A DNA stretch of 64,000 nt. Source: Epiperipatus broadwayi. Its lineage: Eukaryota; Animalia; Onychophora. Every line of letters starts with the position of its first letter. Position 1 is the stretch's first letter. The position numbers and the translations under genes are program-made. The notes under the pieces were generated by a model. The model ran no database searches and was not told the DNA's origin. It saw only the letters and a program-made list of their open reading frames with translations. The stretch is taken from contig JAQFVV010000006.1 in the NCBI GenBank assembly GCA_028023455.1, forward strand, positions 7,130,001-7,194,000. Reading direction: 5' to 3'. This document shows, in pieces, positions 41,363 to 53,371 of this stretch.

Positions 41363-42051
41363 CTGCTTCTTTTAATATATCAATTATAATTCCATCATTA
41401 CCTGGAGCCTTTCCTTTTTCATACATTTAATTGCATTTCTCACTTCTTCATTTAAAATTCTGGGCAATTCGGAAGATGTAATAGATATAGGAGGTACTTG
41501 TTCTTTATTACTATATAATTCTTGATAAAAATCTTCTACCAATTTCATAATGTCATCCCTCTTTTTAGTAATAATTCCATCTTTTTTCCTTATTGCAGAT
41601 ATAAATTTCCTACCAATACCAAAATGTTGTTTTACATTCTTAAGACTTTTATTTTCTTCTACAGCTTTTCTTGCTAGTTCACAGTTATACTTTCTTATAT
41701 CATTTTCAACTCTTTTCCGCACCATTTTACAAAATTCGAGATATTCAATTCTTTTTAATGCATCATTCTTGCATATCTTCATATTCCTTCTTTTCTTCAT
41801 AAGTTCTCTAGTCTCAGTAGAAATTTTATTAGTCAATTGCTGCTTTTTTCTACCAGCTATCTTTGTTGCAGTTTTTAAAAGTGTATCAGTTATTTTCATA
41901 TTAATTTCATTCAAATCTGAATCATGTTCAAAATCTACTAATACTTGAAACCGATTTGTAAGTTCTAATTTAAATTCATTAGAATGTTTCTGAAGATTAG
42001 GAATATCAACTGTAAATATAGTTTTTCTTAATAATTTTTGTCTCTCTAGTT

Positions 42052-42738
42052 TTACATTAACATGTATCTTACCCTTACTAATCGATGATCACTTCCTGTG
42101 TTAAATTTATTAAGAACATTACAATCTTGAAATATGTATTTCCTGTTAGTCAAAATATAATCCAATTCTGCTGTACCTTCATTTGGATGCTTCCATGTCC
42201 ATTTCCTTCTAACATTTTTCTCAAAAAAAGAATTCATAATATAAAGTTTTTCCTTCTCTGCAAACTCCACAAGTCTATGTCCTCTCTCATTTCTATTACC
42301 ATAACCAAAATTACCTACAACACTTTCATCTTTCATTTGTTTACCAATTCTAGCATTAAAGTCTCCCATAACAATTTTAAAATGTTGTTTACTCTGATCA
42401 AAAGCCTTTTGTACATCCATATAAAAATCTTCTACTACTTCATCACTGTGAGAACTTGTTGGGGCATAAACCTGAATTATCTGCATTTGATATCTGCTAT
42501 TAAGTTGTATAACTAATCTTGCCACTTTGTCTGATACACCATCAATCTCCACAATATTGTTCTTCCACTTTTTATTTATAATGAATCCTACTCCACTTGT
42601 ATTTCCAATATTTGTGCCTTTATAATAGAGCATATGTCCACTTTTTAAATCAATTGTCTCTTCACCTTTTCTTCTAACTTCACAAAGTCCAATAATATCC
42701 CATTTAATATAAGAGAGTTCTTCTTCTAATTCTTGCAA
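42052..42738 (-). pseudogene. RTE AP-endonuclease domain
   Basis: WDIIGLCEVRR, IIQVYAPT, MGDFNARIG, LDYIL, SDHRLV motifs; separated from RT by frameshifts. Confidence 0.93.
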
Positions 42739-43084
42739 TCTTCCTTCACTTGAAAATAGATGATCTGCAGTTGTAAGTACCTAAATAAAAAGTCATCATC
42801 AAATGGCAGCCTGGGTCCGCCTCCAGGATATTCTTAGCACCCTCCACCTTCGGCCACCAACCGCTGCCTTGGTTGGTGACTTTACAGCCTCCTGGGATTA
42901 AGGGCCATGCTTTATTTTTGTCTGTCATAATTGTATAATTGGGAAAAATCTTTATCATTTACACAAACATTCATTCTGCCTTATCAGGCACTGAGAAGAA
43001 AGACCATGGTGTTTCTTGATCTTAAACTCAGAGGTAAAAAGCCAATAAACTCACCACGCTGGCTAATGCGTGTTGGTGAGCAGC

Positions 43085-43250
43085 CCATCCATGTTCGTAT
43101 ACTATATGAATAAACATATAGTAATAACAGCTGCAATGACAAGAACGTATGGAGTGGACATTAGGAATTTGCCCTGCTCGGTTCCTTTAAGGCCTCCAAG
43201 AGGAATCAAAGGGTCTCCTTTCAGTTAATAGCAAACTCCTTTCTGCAGCC
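43085..43250 (-). ncRNA. HDV-like ribozyme fold at the RTE 5' end
   Basis: P1 GGCTGCA(43250-43244)/TGCAGCT(43135-43129) with G1.U; P2 TCCAT/ATGGA; P3 ACG/CAT (one mismatch); L3 TTCTTGT; P4 TACTATATG/CATATAGTA; J4/2 C(43097)GAA. Confidence 0.7.
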
Positions 43251-43280
43251 ATAATTTTAATATATATATATATTATGTAA

Positions 43281-43665
43281 TGAGCATGCCAATAGCTCTT
43301 AACAACATTTTCAGAATATTCCTATTCTCAGACTAGTTTCTAGCTCTGGCTTTCATCAGTGAGGTGTTAGAATATTGAAACATTAGATTTAAAATACAAG
43401 GTCAAGCCCAGAACTTTATCTAGTGGTTAACTTTAGAGTAAAAAATCTGAAATTTTCAGACATCTGTATGTCTTCAAATCCAGCTATCTAACTTAAATAG
43501 CAAGATGATATTGAACTAGGTTCATACACACCATATATTAATAGCTTTAGCAATATAAAATTGCCAAAGCCTTAAGAGCAATAACAATAATTGCAATGAA
43601 ATCAGTCATATAATGTGACTTAATTTAATAAGCTTGTATTACAAATGTTATATAATGAATATGTC
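43281..43665 (-). mobile_element. Retrozyme-like monomer, family E (~375-nt unit plus terminal redundancy); HHR at 43325-43364
   Basis: CCTCA-CTGATGA-A-AGC(CAGA)GCT-A-GAAA-CTAG-TC-TGAGA; the unit starts and ends in the same sequence (g.cat..tcatta.ataa). Confidence 0.8.
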
Positions 43666-43914
43666 AGATAACTATCTGTTTAGTTTCTCTTTTTAATTTT
43701 TTCCATTTACATATTTCTTTTCTTATTTTTATTAAAAATACAAATTCAGACACAAAAATAACGCATATATTCTATGCTTTTCCAGAAAATTCTTTCCATT
43801 CACCTGCCTATACAATAATATATATACAGACAATATTTCATTAATATAAATGAACACAAATTCCCCCTTTATGTCCATTTTAACTCTTTATTTGTACAAC
43901 ATATACATAGTAAT

Positions 43915-43915
43915 A

Positions 43916-43992
<77 letters not shown>
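43915..43992. repeat. Compound (TA)n(TG)n(TA)n microsatellite
   Basis: Read directly from the sequence. Confidence 0.95.
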
Positions 43993-43994
<2 letters not shown>

Positions 43995-44023
43995 ACTACA
44001 AAATCCTTTACCTTGGAACAGGG

Positions 44024-44389
44024 TTCCTTGCAATTACTGATACTGCTCTTAAGGCTTTGGCCATTTTATATTGCTAAAGCTATTAATATATAGGGTACAT
44101 CTGAACTTAGTTCAGTCCCATACAACTATTTAAGTTAGATAGCTGTATTTGAAGACATATGGATGTCTGTAATTTTCAGATTTTCTACCTAACAAAAGGC
44201 TGGGCTTGATCTGGTATTTTAAATCTAATGCTTCAATATCCTAGCACCTCACTGACAATCTAGAAAACAGTCTGAGGATAAGGATATTTTGGAAAGCTAT
44301 AAGACCTATTGGCATGTTCATTATATAACATTTGTAATACAAGTTTATTAAATTAAGTCATGTGATATATGACTTGATTTCCTTGCAAT
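44024..44389 (+). mobile_element. Family E monomer in a different permutation (~355 nt); HHR core partly deleted at 44252
   Basis: Starts and ends with ttccttgcaat; reverse-complement homology to 43281-43665. Confidence 0.8.
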
Positions 44390-44762
44390 ATATATAAAGC
44401 ACATGTGCATAATACTAAACTGATAAGAATATAAATTAACTAATCCTTAACAAAGTTTAAATAAACCAGTTAATTAATTTACTAATGACATATTCTTGTA
44501 ATCTTCAAATTCATGCTAAAATAATCAGCAATTAACTATTTGAGGACAATTATTTTACTGCCAAAAATCATTCAAGGTATTCCACTGTAATGCATAAACT
44601 TAAATAGTCAACAAAAAATCAAAGTCGTATATCACATGACTCAATTTTTAAGCTTGTAAATAAAAAATAAAGAACCCTGCTAATTTGCTCTAACAAGCTT
44701 TATTGATAAATGCCAGCTAAACAAAGCATTTAAAAATATCTACCTTGAAAACCACTCCCTAA

Positions 44763-44803
44763 CCTCAGACCAATGGTTTCATGCTTTGACACTCCTCAGT
44801 GAA
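44763..44803 (-). ncRNA. Canonical-core hammerhead motif in a diverged family E-related fragment (~44620-44815)
   Basis: TTCA-CTGAGGA-GTGT(CAAA)GCAT-GAAA-CCATTGG-TC-TGAG. Confidence 0.75.
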
Positions 44804-45400
44804 CTGCTAGGTAAACTCAAGACTGATTAAGTTTTACATAGTGGATTCTCATTTAATATTAATTTAATATTTAAGGTGATGATTTGTAATTGTTTTAAAT
44901 TCTGTTTTAATATAATTTGCCATAACAATTTTACATGCTCAAAATTGAAAAAAAAAAAAAACATGTTGTGATTATTTTGTACTCTAAAATCTAATTGGTC
45001 TTGAGCTTAGTATTTGAATAGAAAAGGTTTTGTGCCTCGCGTTTGTAAAAACCCATGTAACATCACTGCCAGATGAAGAGCAGTTCTTGATGACATGAAA
45101 CAATTGTCCCAGAAAAGCTTTACTGGTGATTATTTTAGCACGATGTCAACATTACTAAGAATATGTTACCATGGATGGTTTCTTAAGAAATAATTAACTT
45201 GTATATACTTGTATATACATCTAACATCCTTAATATTTTCTAATATGTAAGAAGGGGCAAGTATCTCCATGTTCAGAATGTCTAGGGAGCCTCGAATACC
45301 AATTTCATGGAAATAGAAATTCCACCATATTTTTTTTATCACTTATTTTTCTAGCTTTAATTTAGCTCAAAATAATTATTGCAGTTATCAATCTAGAGAA

Positions 45401-45738
45401 AATGTCATTTCCTTCACAGTTCCTCGATAAAATGGGTGAAGATAATGTCCTTTTCTTCACAGTTCCTTGATGAAATGAGTGCAGAAAATGTTGTTTAATT
45501 CACAGTTCCACGATAAAATGAGTGAAGATAATGTCCTTTTCTTTTCAGTTCCTTGATGAAATGGGTGCAGAAAATGTCCTTTCCTTCACAGTTCCTCGAT
45601 AAAATGGGTGAAGATAATGTCCTTTCCTTCACAGTTTCTCGATAAAATGGATGAAGATAATGTCCTTTCCTTCACAGTTCCTTGATGAAATGGGTGGAGA
45701 AAATGTCCTTTCCTTCACAGTTCCTTGAAGAAATGGGT
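45401..45738. repeat. Minisatellite, ~8 x 43 bp, two interleaved variants
   Basis: aatgtcctttccttcacagttcct(c/t)gat(a/g)aaatgggtg(aagat/cagaa). Confidence 0.92.
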
Positions 45739-46564
45739 TCTTTCTTTCAGAGTTCGTTATCCTGTAGGAAGCTAATTAAACATTCTACCATTCACTTACA
45801 AAAGAACATGTGTATGTGCTTGCAAGTTTTTATTATTGAATGTCACTATTAACTCAATCCTATCATAACCATCCATTAGCCTATATGTCAGCACAACCTC
45901 TCACATTACAGACACATAACCATGCAGGACATATTGCAATTTCATATACACATAACTAATAGATTCAAACCCTGAAATAAGTACAGTCAGTATAGGATGG
46001 CATATATAAGAATATGCTTTAAGTATAGTACAATGAAAATTTTCATATATACTTATAAACCACACATGATTGGAGGTTTATTTCCTTATTTACGATTATA
46101 ATTATTTCAGCACTTAATATTAACATATTTAAATTTATTCATAATTAATATACATTTTATCACAGCTGGATAAAAACAAGATTTCATCTCTCTCCTGTGA
46201 TAAAATATCGAAATTTTGTAATTGTCAATTTGAACATCAGATGTAGAATACATTCCAAGCCCTGATATAAGCACAGTTAGTAATGGTTGGCATTACTGAT
46301 GAGTGAGTGCACAGAGATTTTAATATACCTTTACAAACCGCACATGACTGGAGGTTTATTTCCTTACAATTAACTGTATATAATATGCTTTTAAATATAT
46401 TTCAAACTTCTATTCCATTGCATATGTCTGAAACATATGATCCGAGACATGTGAAAAAGATAACTGATCCATTATGGTGCACCAGCACTCACCAGTTATG
46501 GGTTGTTCATATATCACATGATCACTATCTTCCATGCTTGCTCATAACTATATAGAGATCCTAA

Positions 46565-46745
46565 GATCTAGGTGCAGTGCTCTCAGATCCAAGTCTCCTC
46601 ACTGACGAAGGCCATAAGCCAGAAACTAGTTTGGGGACATGAGTAGGCACTAGATAGGGATTTTATGCACAAGCCTTCTGGTATCCATTGATTACTCTGT
46701 CTTGCTTAGAGATGCACTACTGTATGGAGAGAGTTTTGCCTATTT
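46565..46745 (+). mobile_element. Family B fragment with HHR at 46596-46637
   Basis: TCCTCA-CTGACGA-A-GGC(CATAA)GCC-A-GAAA-CTAG-TT-TGGGGA. Confidence 0.8.
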
Positions 46746-49608
46746 TGTTGTTCGTATGTCCTGTGTATGGAGATATATGTGAATGATTGTATCTGTAAAT
46801 GTTTTCAGGTTTTATGAAATTTATTGCAAAGTGTTTATGGTTCACGATAAAGTGAAGCAGCCTTTAAATAATCCACGGCAAGCCCAAGTCCACTCCAGCC
46901 TCCTTTCATACAAAGACATCAAAGGGAAAGGCAGTGCTCAGAGATTTAAGACCTTCTGGCTTGTGAAGGCTTTGGGTAATTTTTCATTCTTACTTTACAC
47001 TCTCACTAAGAATAATTGAGTGATCAGAGGAACTGGCCAAAAACCAGCTACCCGCACAACAAAATCCTAAGCCCGCTAAAAAAATTTATCGAATTTATTC
47101 AGCATGAACTGTACTTGAACACAGGCAGATACACATCCATTGCTGCACCATGAGGTTCTCTACTAAGGGTGCTCAAATTTATGGGAATAAGCAATAACCT
47201 GGTTGCAGTAGTCCCAATAACACTACTGTGATGCTTAGCAAAATGTTTATTCTACGGGCTGGTTAATCCAGTCAACATTATTGATTTATATTAATTACAT
47301 GTGATAGGAAAATGTGGGATTTGCCATGATGAACTAAAAGATTCTGGAATTGGATCAAACGGCTTTGCAATTCAGATATTCCTTCATCATTACTATACCA
47401 AGTCCCATATTGAAAACCAAATTCATGTGAGCTTAATAGAAATGAATTTTTTTTAAAAAAATACCTATTTTATATGTCACTTTTAAACAATCCATACTTA
47501 GTTTGCTTATGACTGAATAACACTTTTCTGATCTTGTCTTATCAATAGCTAGGATATCTATTAGCTGACCAATATTAGATGGTTATCTGGATTTGCTGCA
47601 TGAAAAAATTATAAGGTTGATTAGAACCTGAAAGAATTTTCAAGAGCCTGGATTCGAAACACAGATCACAGGTCTAGCATGCAAATGTGCTACGTTGTAC
47701 AATGAAGGTCTTCAACTGCTTATAAACCATTTTATATCAAGGGTGGTTTCAATTTTAGAGCTTCTTTTTTTATTTATAATTTTTAAATAAAATTATCTAA
47801 AAAACGAAAAATTAAGAATGTATAAGCAGCTTTGCTCGACATCTTTAAAAAACCTCGTAAAGACAAAAGAGAAACCTTACAATGAAAAAAAATTATAAAG
47901 CAAAAAAAAAAGAAGTAAAGATCAAAATTAGAGTAATTACACTGGATAATTGCTTTCTCAAATAGAAGTGTTACATAAAAAAAAAAGTATAACTTTTTAA
48001 TTACTTCACTTTAGACAAGAAAGAAAATGAACAGGGAAATTTCATCCCATTTTTTTTTTTTTTTTTTGTAGAATGGAAAGAATTAATTAAGCAAAATTTA
48101 TATAAAGTTAATTACATTTGGAAAAAATTGTTAAAAATGTAATAATTACCAATTCAATAATAAAAACTCCAAAATTAAACTAAATGAATAATGTCCAGGC
48201 TTTGTTTAAATTATTAATCAATACGGAATATGCAAATTAATTAAATCTTACATCAAATCTGAGGTAGATCTGTTTTGCTGCCGTAAAAAAAAAGTTATCC
48301 GACTAATATTTAAAATAATATCAAAACATTTAATATACAATAATAATTACTGTAGCTATAAAAATTCAACATACATATGGCTGTCAAAAATGCTACAACT
48401 CGATTCGATACATCTGACACTTTTAGCAACATTAGTTTGCCTTCAGAAATATACTGATACTAATTATCAATAGCGGTTTTTTGCTCGAATTTCAACATGC
48501 CTGACCACATTATGCAATTAGTGGGTAACATGCATGACTATCTGAAAACCTTCAGACTGATGAATTACAGTTCTAAATGCAACTCATAAACACTAGACTT
48601 TTTCTCTAATTGACCTGTTTTATAGTTACCTCTTCTACCTTACTGGAAACAATTGTATTTACTAATCCAGTTATATAATTGGACAGTTTATGCCAATCGC
48701 TATTTGTTTTTTTATTATTGTTATTTTATGAATCAGCATGAATCCAATTTATGAAGCTCTCTAAATAGCAATAAGTCCATTATTGAGGATAAGCTTTAGA
48801 CAAGTCCAGATGTAGCTATTTTATGGTAATTTCTCGATGTGATGTTCCATGACTTCCCCTTAAATGGAGTCAGAAATCTCTCAGCAACTATGCCCAAAGA
48901 AACCTGTTAGCGGCTTTTCCCTTCCATTCCCCACCCTAAACTTTCCCATAATTTGTTCCATCCCATTTCCACAATATGAACGAATTACACTCTTGCCATC
49001 TAGTGTAAATTTGAGCAATCAATAGATCCACGAACTAGTTTCTGCATTTTGTTCTACATTACCACTATCTATTGTAGGGTACCATCTGTGTTCCTTTTGG
49101 GAGTTTAATAGTTTTTTTAGTTGTTCTGTCTTGTTGAGATATGTATTCCAAAAGTAACTCCATTTTACTTGTTAATACTCCTTTTGAGTCTTTGCAACAA
49201 TAAGTTAAAATTTTTTTCCTTTGATAATTGAAACTACACAACATTTTGCTAGATTATAATGGTCCATAGTTTAAGAATATTCGCTAGATAACAGTTTGAA
49301 TTCGGCATTCTATGCTTTGTTTTATTTGTTCATATTATTGCTGAATACGTGTTTCATTTGTCGAATCTATATTTTTTATTTGTCCACAATAGTTTTTTCA
49401 AAGCCACATTTAATCCAATTATTTTTTGAATGTTGGGTATTAATGACAAGGAACCATTTTAAAGAAAGATACATTTCACATTTTTATTTTTAATAATTAA
49501 CTAAACAGTTATTTATTACATGTCTTTAAAATCAAGAATGGAGAGCTCACACAGACAGAAAAAATCACTTTTATGTAAATTAAAAAAAGACTTTCCTTTC
49601 CTACCAAC

Positions 49609-50026
49609 ATTATATCTATAAAGATATTACATACGGGACAGAGAAAGGTGAATAACTCCGTGAGTGTAAAATTAAAAAATCAGATATATTAATTTTTAAC
49701 TGAGATTTAAAGTTTATATCTGTGCTAGAGATAAACTCTAGTTTCGAAAATGATTAGTAATAATCATTACTGTATTTATCTGAAATGGGTGACGTCAAAG
49801 TTGTGAGTGGAGGAAATTTGACAATGGTAAATGAAAATATAACAATTTACCCTAGATATATACTTTGCATATAATAAAGATGTATATGAGAGATTGTGAC
49901 TTGGGCCAACTGATGAGTGCTGGTTCAGCACAAAATGCATCTTGGAGGTCTTCTGTCTTTTATTATATCTTGATTTATATGTATTTAAAAAAAATGGGGA
50001 AGTATGGAGAGGTTTATTATATCTAT
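49609..50026 (+). mobile_element. Family A permuted monomer (407-nt period); HHR at 49906-49945 carries G12A
   Basis: Begins and ends with attatatctat, which is internal sequence in the 10.3-10.8-kb copy. Confidence 0.88.
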
Positions 50027-50175
50027 CTGGAAAAACGATACTCATTCATTTTTGAAATGTATAATCTGAAGAGCCAATTTTTCCATAACAATGGATGGAA
50101 GGTCTGCTACAATAAAGCACATTAATACAGATAAACATAAACAACATCTTGATGTAGCAGCACCAAAGTCAAAAG

Positions 50176-50631
50176 CAGGGGTCAGCTAACTTTTTAACAT
50201 GAGTCATTTTGTTTACCCCCCTTCCCCAATTAAAGAGCCACAAGAAAAGAGGTATCTCTACATCCTCCCCTATCAAAAAGTTGCAAAGAAAGAGGTGAAA
50301 ATACGTTCATCATGAATTTCTGAATGGCTGCGTATACACCCAACGAAAATAAAAAAATATCTTAAAAATAAATAAATAAAAACAAAATTACTTTGACAAT
50401 CTTGTTTATTCTAAAATATCCATCAGATATAATAATTACTATTCTATAATAAGACTGAATTCAAGTAACAACATTGGAAGACACATTCCCCTTTCTTAGA
50501 GTCATTGAAATATTTATTTACATTGCAAGATAAAATAAAAAATGTATTTATGTTTATTGTGATAAAAAAAACCATGGTATTGGGATCAAAGGGCCACATT
50601 TGGTTTGTGAGCCACAGTTTGCCAATCCCTG
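50176..50631. mobile_element. hAT-Charlie-type MITE
   Basis: Ends caggggtcagctaac / gtttgccaatccctg; 8-bp TSD gtcaaaag/gtctaaag. Confidence 0.75.
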
Positions 50632-50679
50632 GTCTAAAGTAACAGAATTTTGGAGTGGCTGGAAAACAATTAGCAATTG

Positions 50680-51780
50680 TCGAAAGTACTTTTGCCTTTC
50701 ATACTATTGACCATAACCACAGCTTTAGAAATATAGTTTGTGTTCATAAATTACATTGAAAAATCTTTTAATCGTCAAATTTCTCATGCATGAATTAAGT
50801 GCAAGTCAGCCACAACATTGATATTTAAAAAGGGTTGCGATAAAAAATTGTTACAAGATTTACAAAATGTGTCATTTGTCTCTGTTTTATCAGATATATC
50901 AGACCATAAGGAATTAAAATTTACCCTCAATATTAATAAGATATTTCGATACTAAAAGCAGCATTCAATTAAAAAATTTAAACTTCAGATGTATTAAGGA
51001 AGAAACCGTGGAAATTTTGTCAAAATATTTACTTCAAGTAATCAATGAATATAATAATTCTAAAATTGTGGTGCTATTTGCAGATAATGCAAACATGAAA
51101 TTTAAAGAATGCAAATAGAGAAGTGATGATAATTTACATATAAAATTAAAAGAATCAACTGAAGAGAAATATAATCGGAATTAGTTGCAATGTGGATATA
51201 TTATTGAATGCTATAAATATAACTTCCAGTTTCATGCCACTTTATGTAGAGATTATTATAACAACCATACATTTATATTTTATATAAAGAGCTCACAAAT
51301 AAGCTCTTAATAAGCTTTGCAGAATATCCTCAACCCCAGACCGATTTCTGCTAGTGGCTTCCTCAATGAGGTGCTAGGATATTCAAGCATTAGATTAAAA
51401 ATACCGGGACTAATGCTTGAATATCATAGCATCTCACTGAGGAAGTCAGTAGCAGAAACCGGTCTGGGGTTGGGGATATTCTGCAAAGCTTGTTAAGAGC
51501 TTATTTGCGAGCTCTATATATAACATTTGTAATACAAGCTTGTTAAATTAGGTTATATGACATATGACTTGATTTCTTTGTAATTTATATATTAGCCATT
51601 TTATGACTCATATGGCAAACTTAAAACAATTTTCCAGAGGCTAATATTGAATATGAAAAGCTTCTTGGTTATTTAAAGAAGACTTGCATTGATACCATCA
51701 GTAGAGTGCATGTTTAGATTATACAAGCCATTTTGACTGTACTTCTTAAATTTGGGTAAAAGGCGTAAAAATACTGATAA
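50680..51780 (+). pseudogene. Decayed hAT transposase, interrupted by the HHR element at 51281-51585
   Basis: ESTFAFHTIDHNHSFR, FVSVLSD.SDHK, LIRYFD, ET..IL, LFADNAN, IIGISC, EYEKLLGY fragments across frameshifts. Confidence 0.55.
51281..51585 (+). mobile_element. Family E-related element: ~112-bp head-to-head foldback with an HHR in each arm
   Basis: Arms 51281-51393 and 51410-51520; plus-strand CTGAGGA-A-GTCAGTAGC-A-GAAA-CCGG-TC (51437-51464); the minus arm has TTGAGGA...GAAATCGGTC. Confidence 0.85.
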
Positions 51781-53371
51781 ATTTTTTCAATAACGAGTAT
51801 TGTACACTAATACCTCTTTAAGTTTATAATTAACTTTATTGAAAAACATATGTAAGAATGATACAATTATAAATAAAATAATAGTTATCCATGTTGCTTG
51901 GGCAACCAGACAGTCTGATGTGCTCGCTGGTGTTTAATCCAGCTTAATCAGGCTCCAAGTGTTGTCAAATAAAAATCTGGATGGGATGATACTGTTCTTA
52001 TGGCAAAATTCCTTCAACTTAGAAATGAATATGACTTCAGGCTTGGGATGAGGAATGGTGAACTTGTTGTGACATCTGGCCATCCAGGTGGCATAAACGA
52101 TGAAGGTTGAAAGTCTTGAAGTGACATAATTCCTAGACAGGAAGCAGCTCTTTTTGTACATAGTCAGGTATGTGTTTATCACAAAGTTGTACAGAAAATT
52201 TGCATGATTTCAAGAAATTTACCTAGTCCAAATGGTAAAAAATAAATTGTTAACTATGGAAGGAGTCCAGGTATAAAGAAAAAAAATATTATATGGTTAA
52301 TAATAACGTTTTTTTGTTTGAAGAAATAAGAAAAGTAAATGTTTTTTAACTGCTAAAAACTTAGAATAAATGGATGGCTAAAAAAAATTGAATTTTTCTG
52401 TTGCTCCAACATCAGGGCTTCTATTACGAGAGTGTTTTCAAATGGAAATGACTACTGGAGCAGTGGAAAATCATGATTATCCATAAGTCTTATAAAATTT
52501 AACTTCTGCGATATGAATTGTAATGAAATTATCAAATTGTTAGAAGAAAATTAACAAATCCTTCTGTGGATAAAGATGATTCAAAAAAATAAAAAACTTC
52601 TCCATTATTTAATAAAGTATTAATATAGATAATAAGAAAGTGTTTTTAAAGATAGTCTTTGTAATCATAGTTGTGAGGCTAATTGTGTTTTGTTAAAGAA
52701 GACACACATTTTTTAGTTACTATTTTCCATTTCTATGCAAATAGATGGCAACTTATCTAATGTAAACTTGAATTATCAATAAATCCACAGACTAATGTCG
52801 GGATTATGATCCTTGTCAGATATGATGTTATAAGCTTGGATCTAATGCACTGGATTTTTTTTTTGAATGTCAGACACCTTTCACTCTACAGACATCTTTT
52901 AATCTATCGATCTGAAACTCAAAATCAATTTTAAGAAAGAGTAAAAGATAGTTGTTGAATGAAAAGACCATTAGATCCTCTCCCCATCCCAAATGGAGAT
53001 GCATTAGATCCATACCCAAAATTCTTCATTGAAGTGATGAAGTATAATAATATGCTTATCAGAAGCATTCTGTAGGTCAAGGTCATGTGATTTGTTAAGA
53101 ACTATTAATATATATAAGATTAATTATCATTTTTTTTATATTCCATTTTCTTTTATGTTACTATTTCCAGTTTGTAAAATGAATATAGAACCTGGGCATT
53201 ATGAAGTCCACATCTTTCTGCATTCATTGTGACAAGAAGATTCTGCATTGTGCAACAACATTTCCATTCTTCAATTGCATATGGCAAACAATTCTGCCAC
53301 TTACCATTTCTCTTTTTTTGTTGTTTATATCTTTTTATTCCTTGCATTCCTCTCAATTCCTATTTTTATTC

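Larger units (their letters stand above)
39954..43250 (-). mobile_element. Full-length RTE-clade LINE (3297 bp) with 11-bp TSD ataattttaat
   Basis: TSD at 39943-39953 and 43251-43261; (CAT)n 3' tail; APE and RT in a single frameshifted ORF. Confidence 0.95.

Noticed and set aside
45070-45108. CAGATGA...GAAACAATTGTC hammerhead-like motif
   Set aside because: U4A core change, poor stems I and II. Not counted, despite the palindromic ACAATTGT.
34957-45738. Tandem arrays as CRISPR
   Set aside because: No unique spacers; these are eukaryotic minisatellites.
51900-52170. Plus-strand exon-like segment ending in CAG|gtatgt, with two in-frame TGA (selenoprotein idea)
   Set aside because: An upstream TAA and a frameshift occur in the same frame, all frames are closed and no SECIS was seen; more likely a decayed element.
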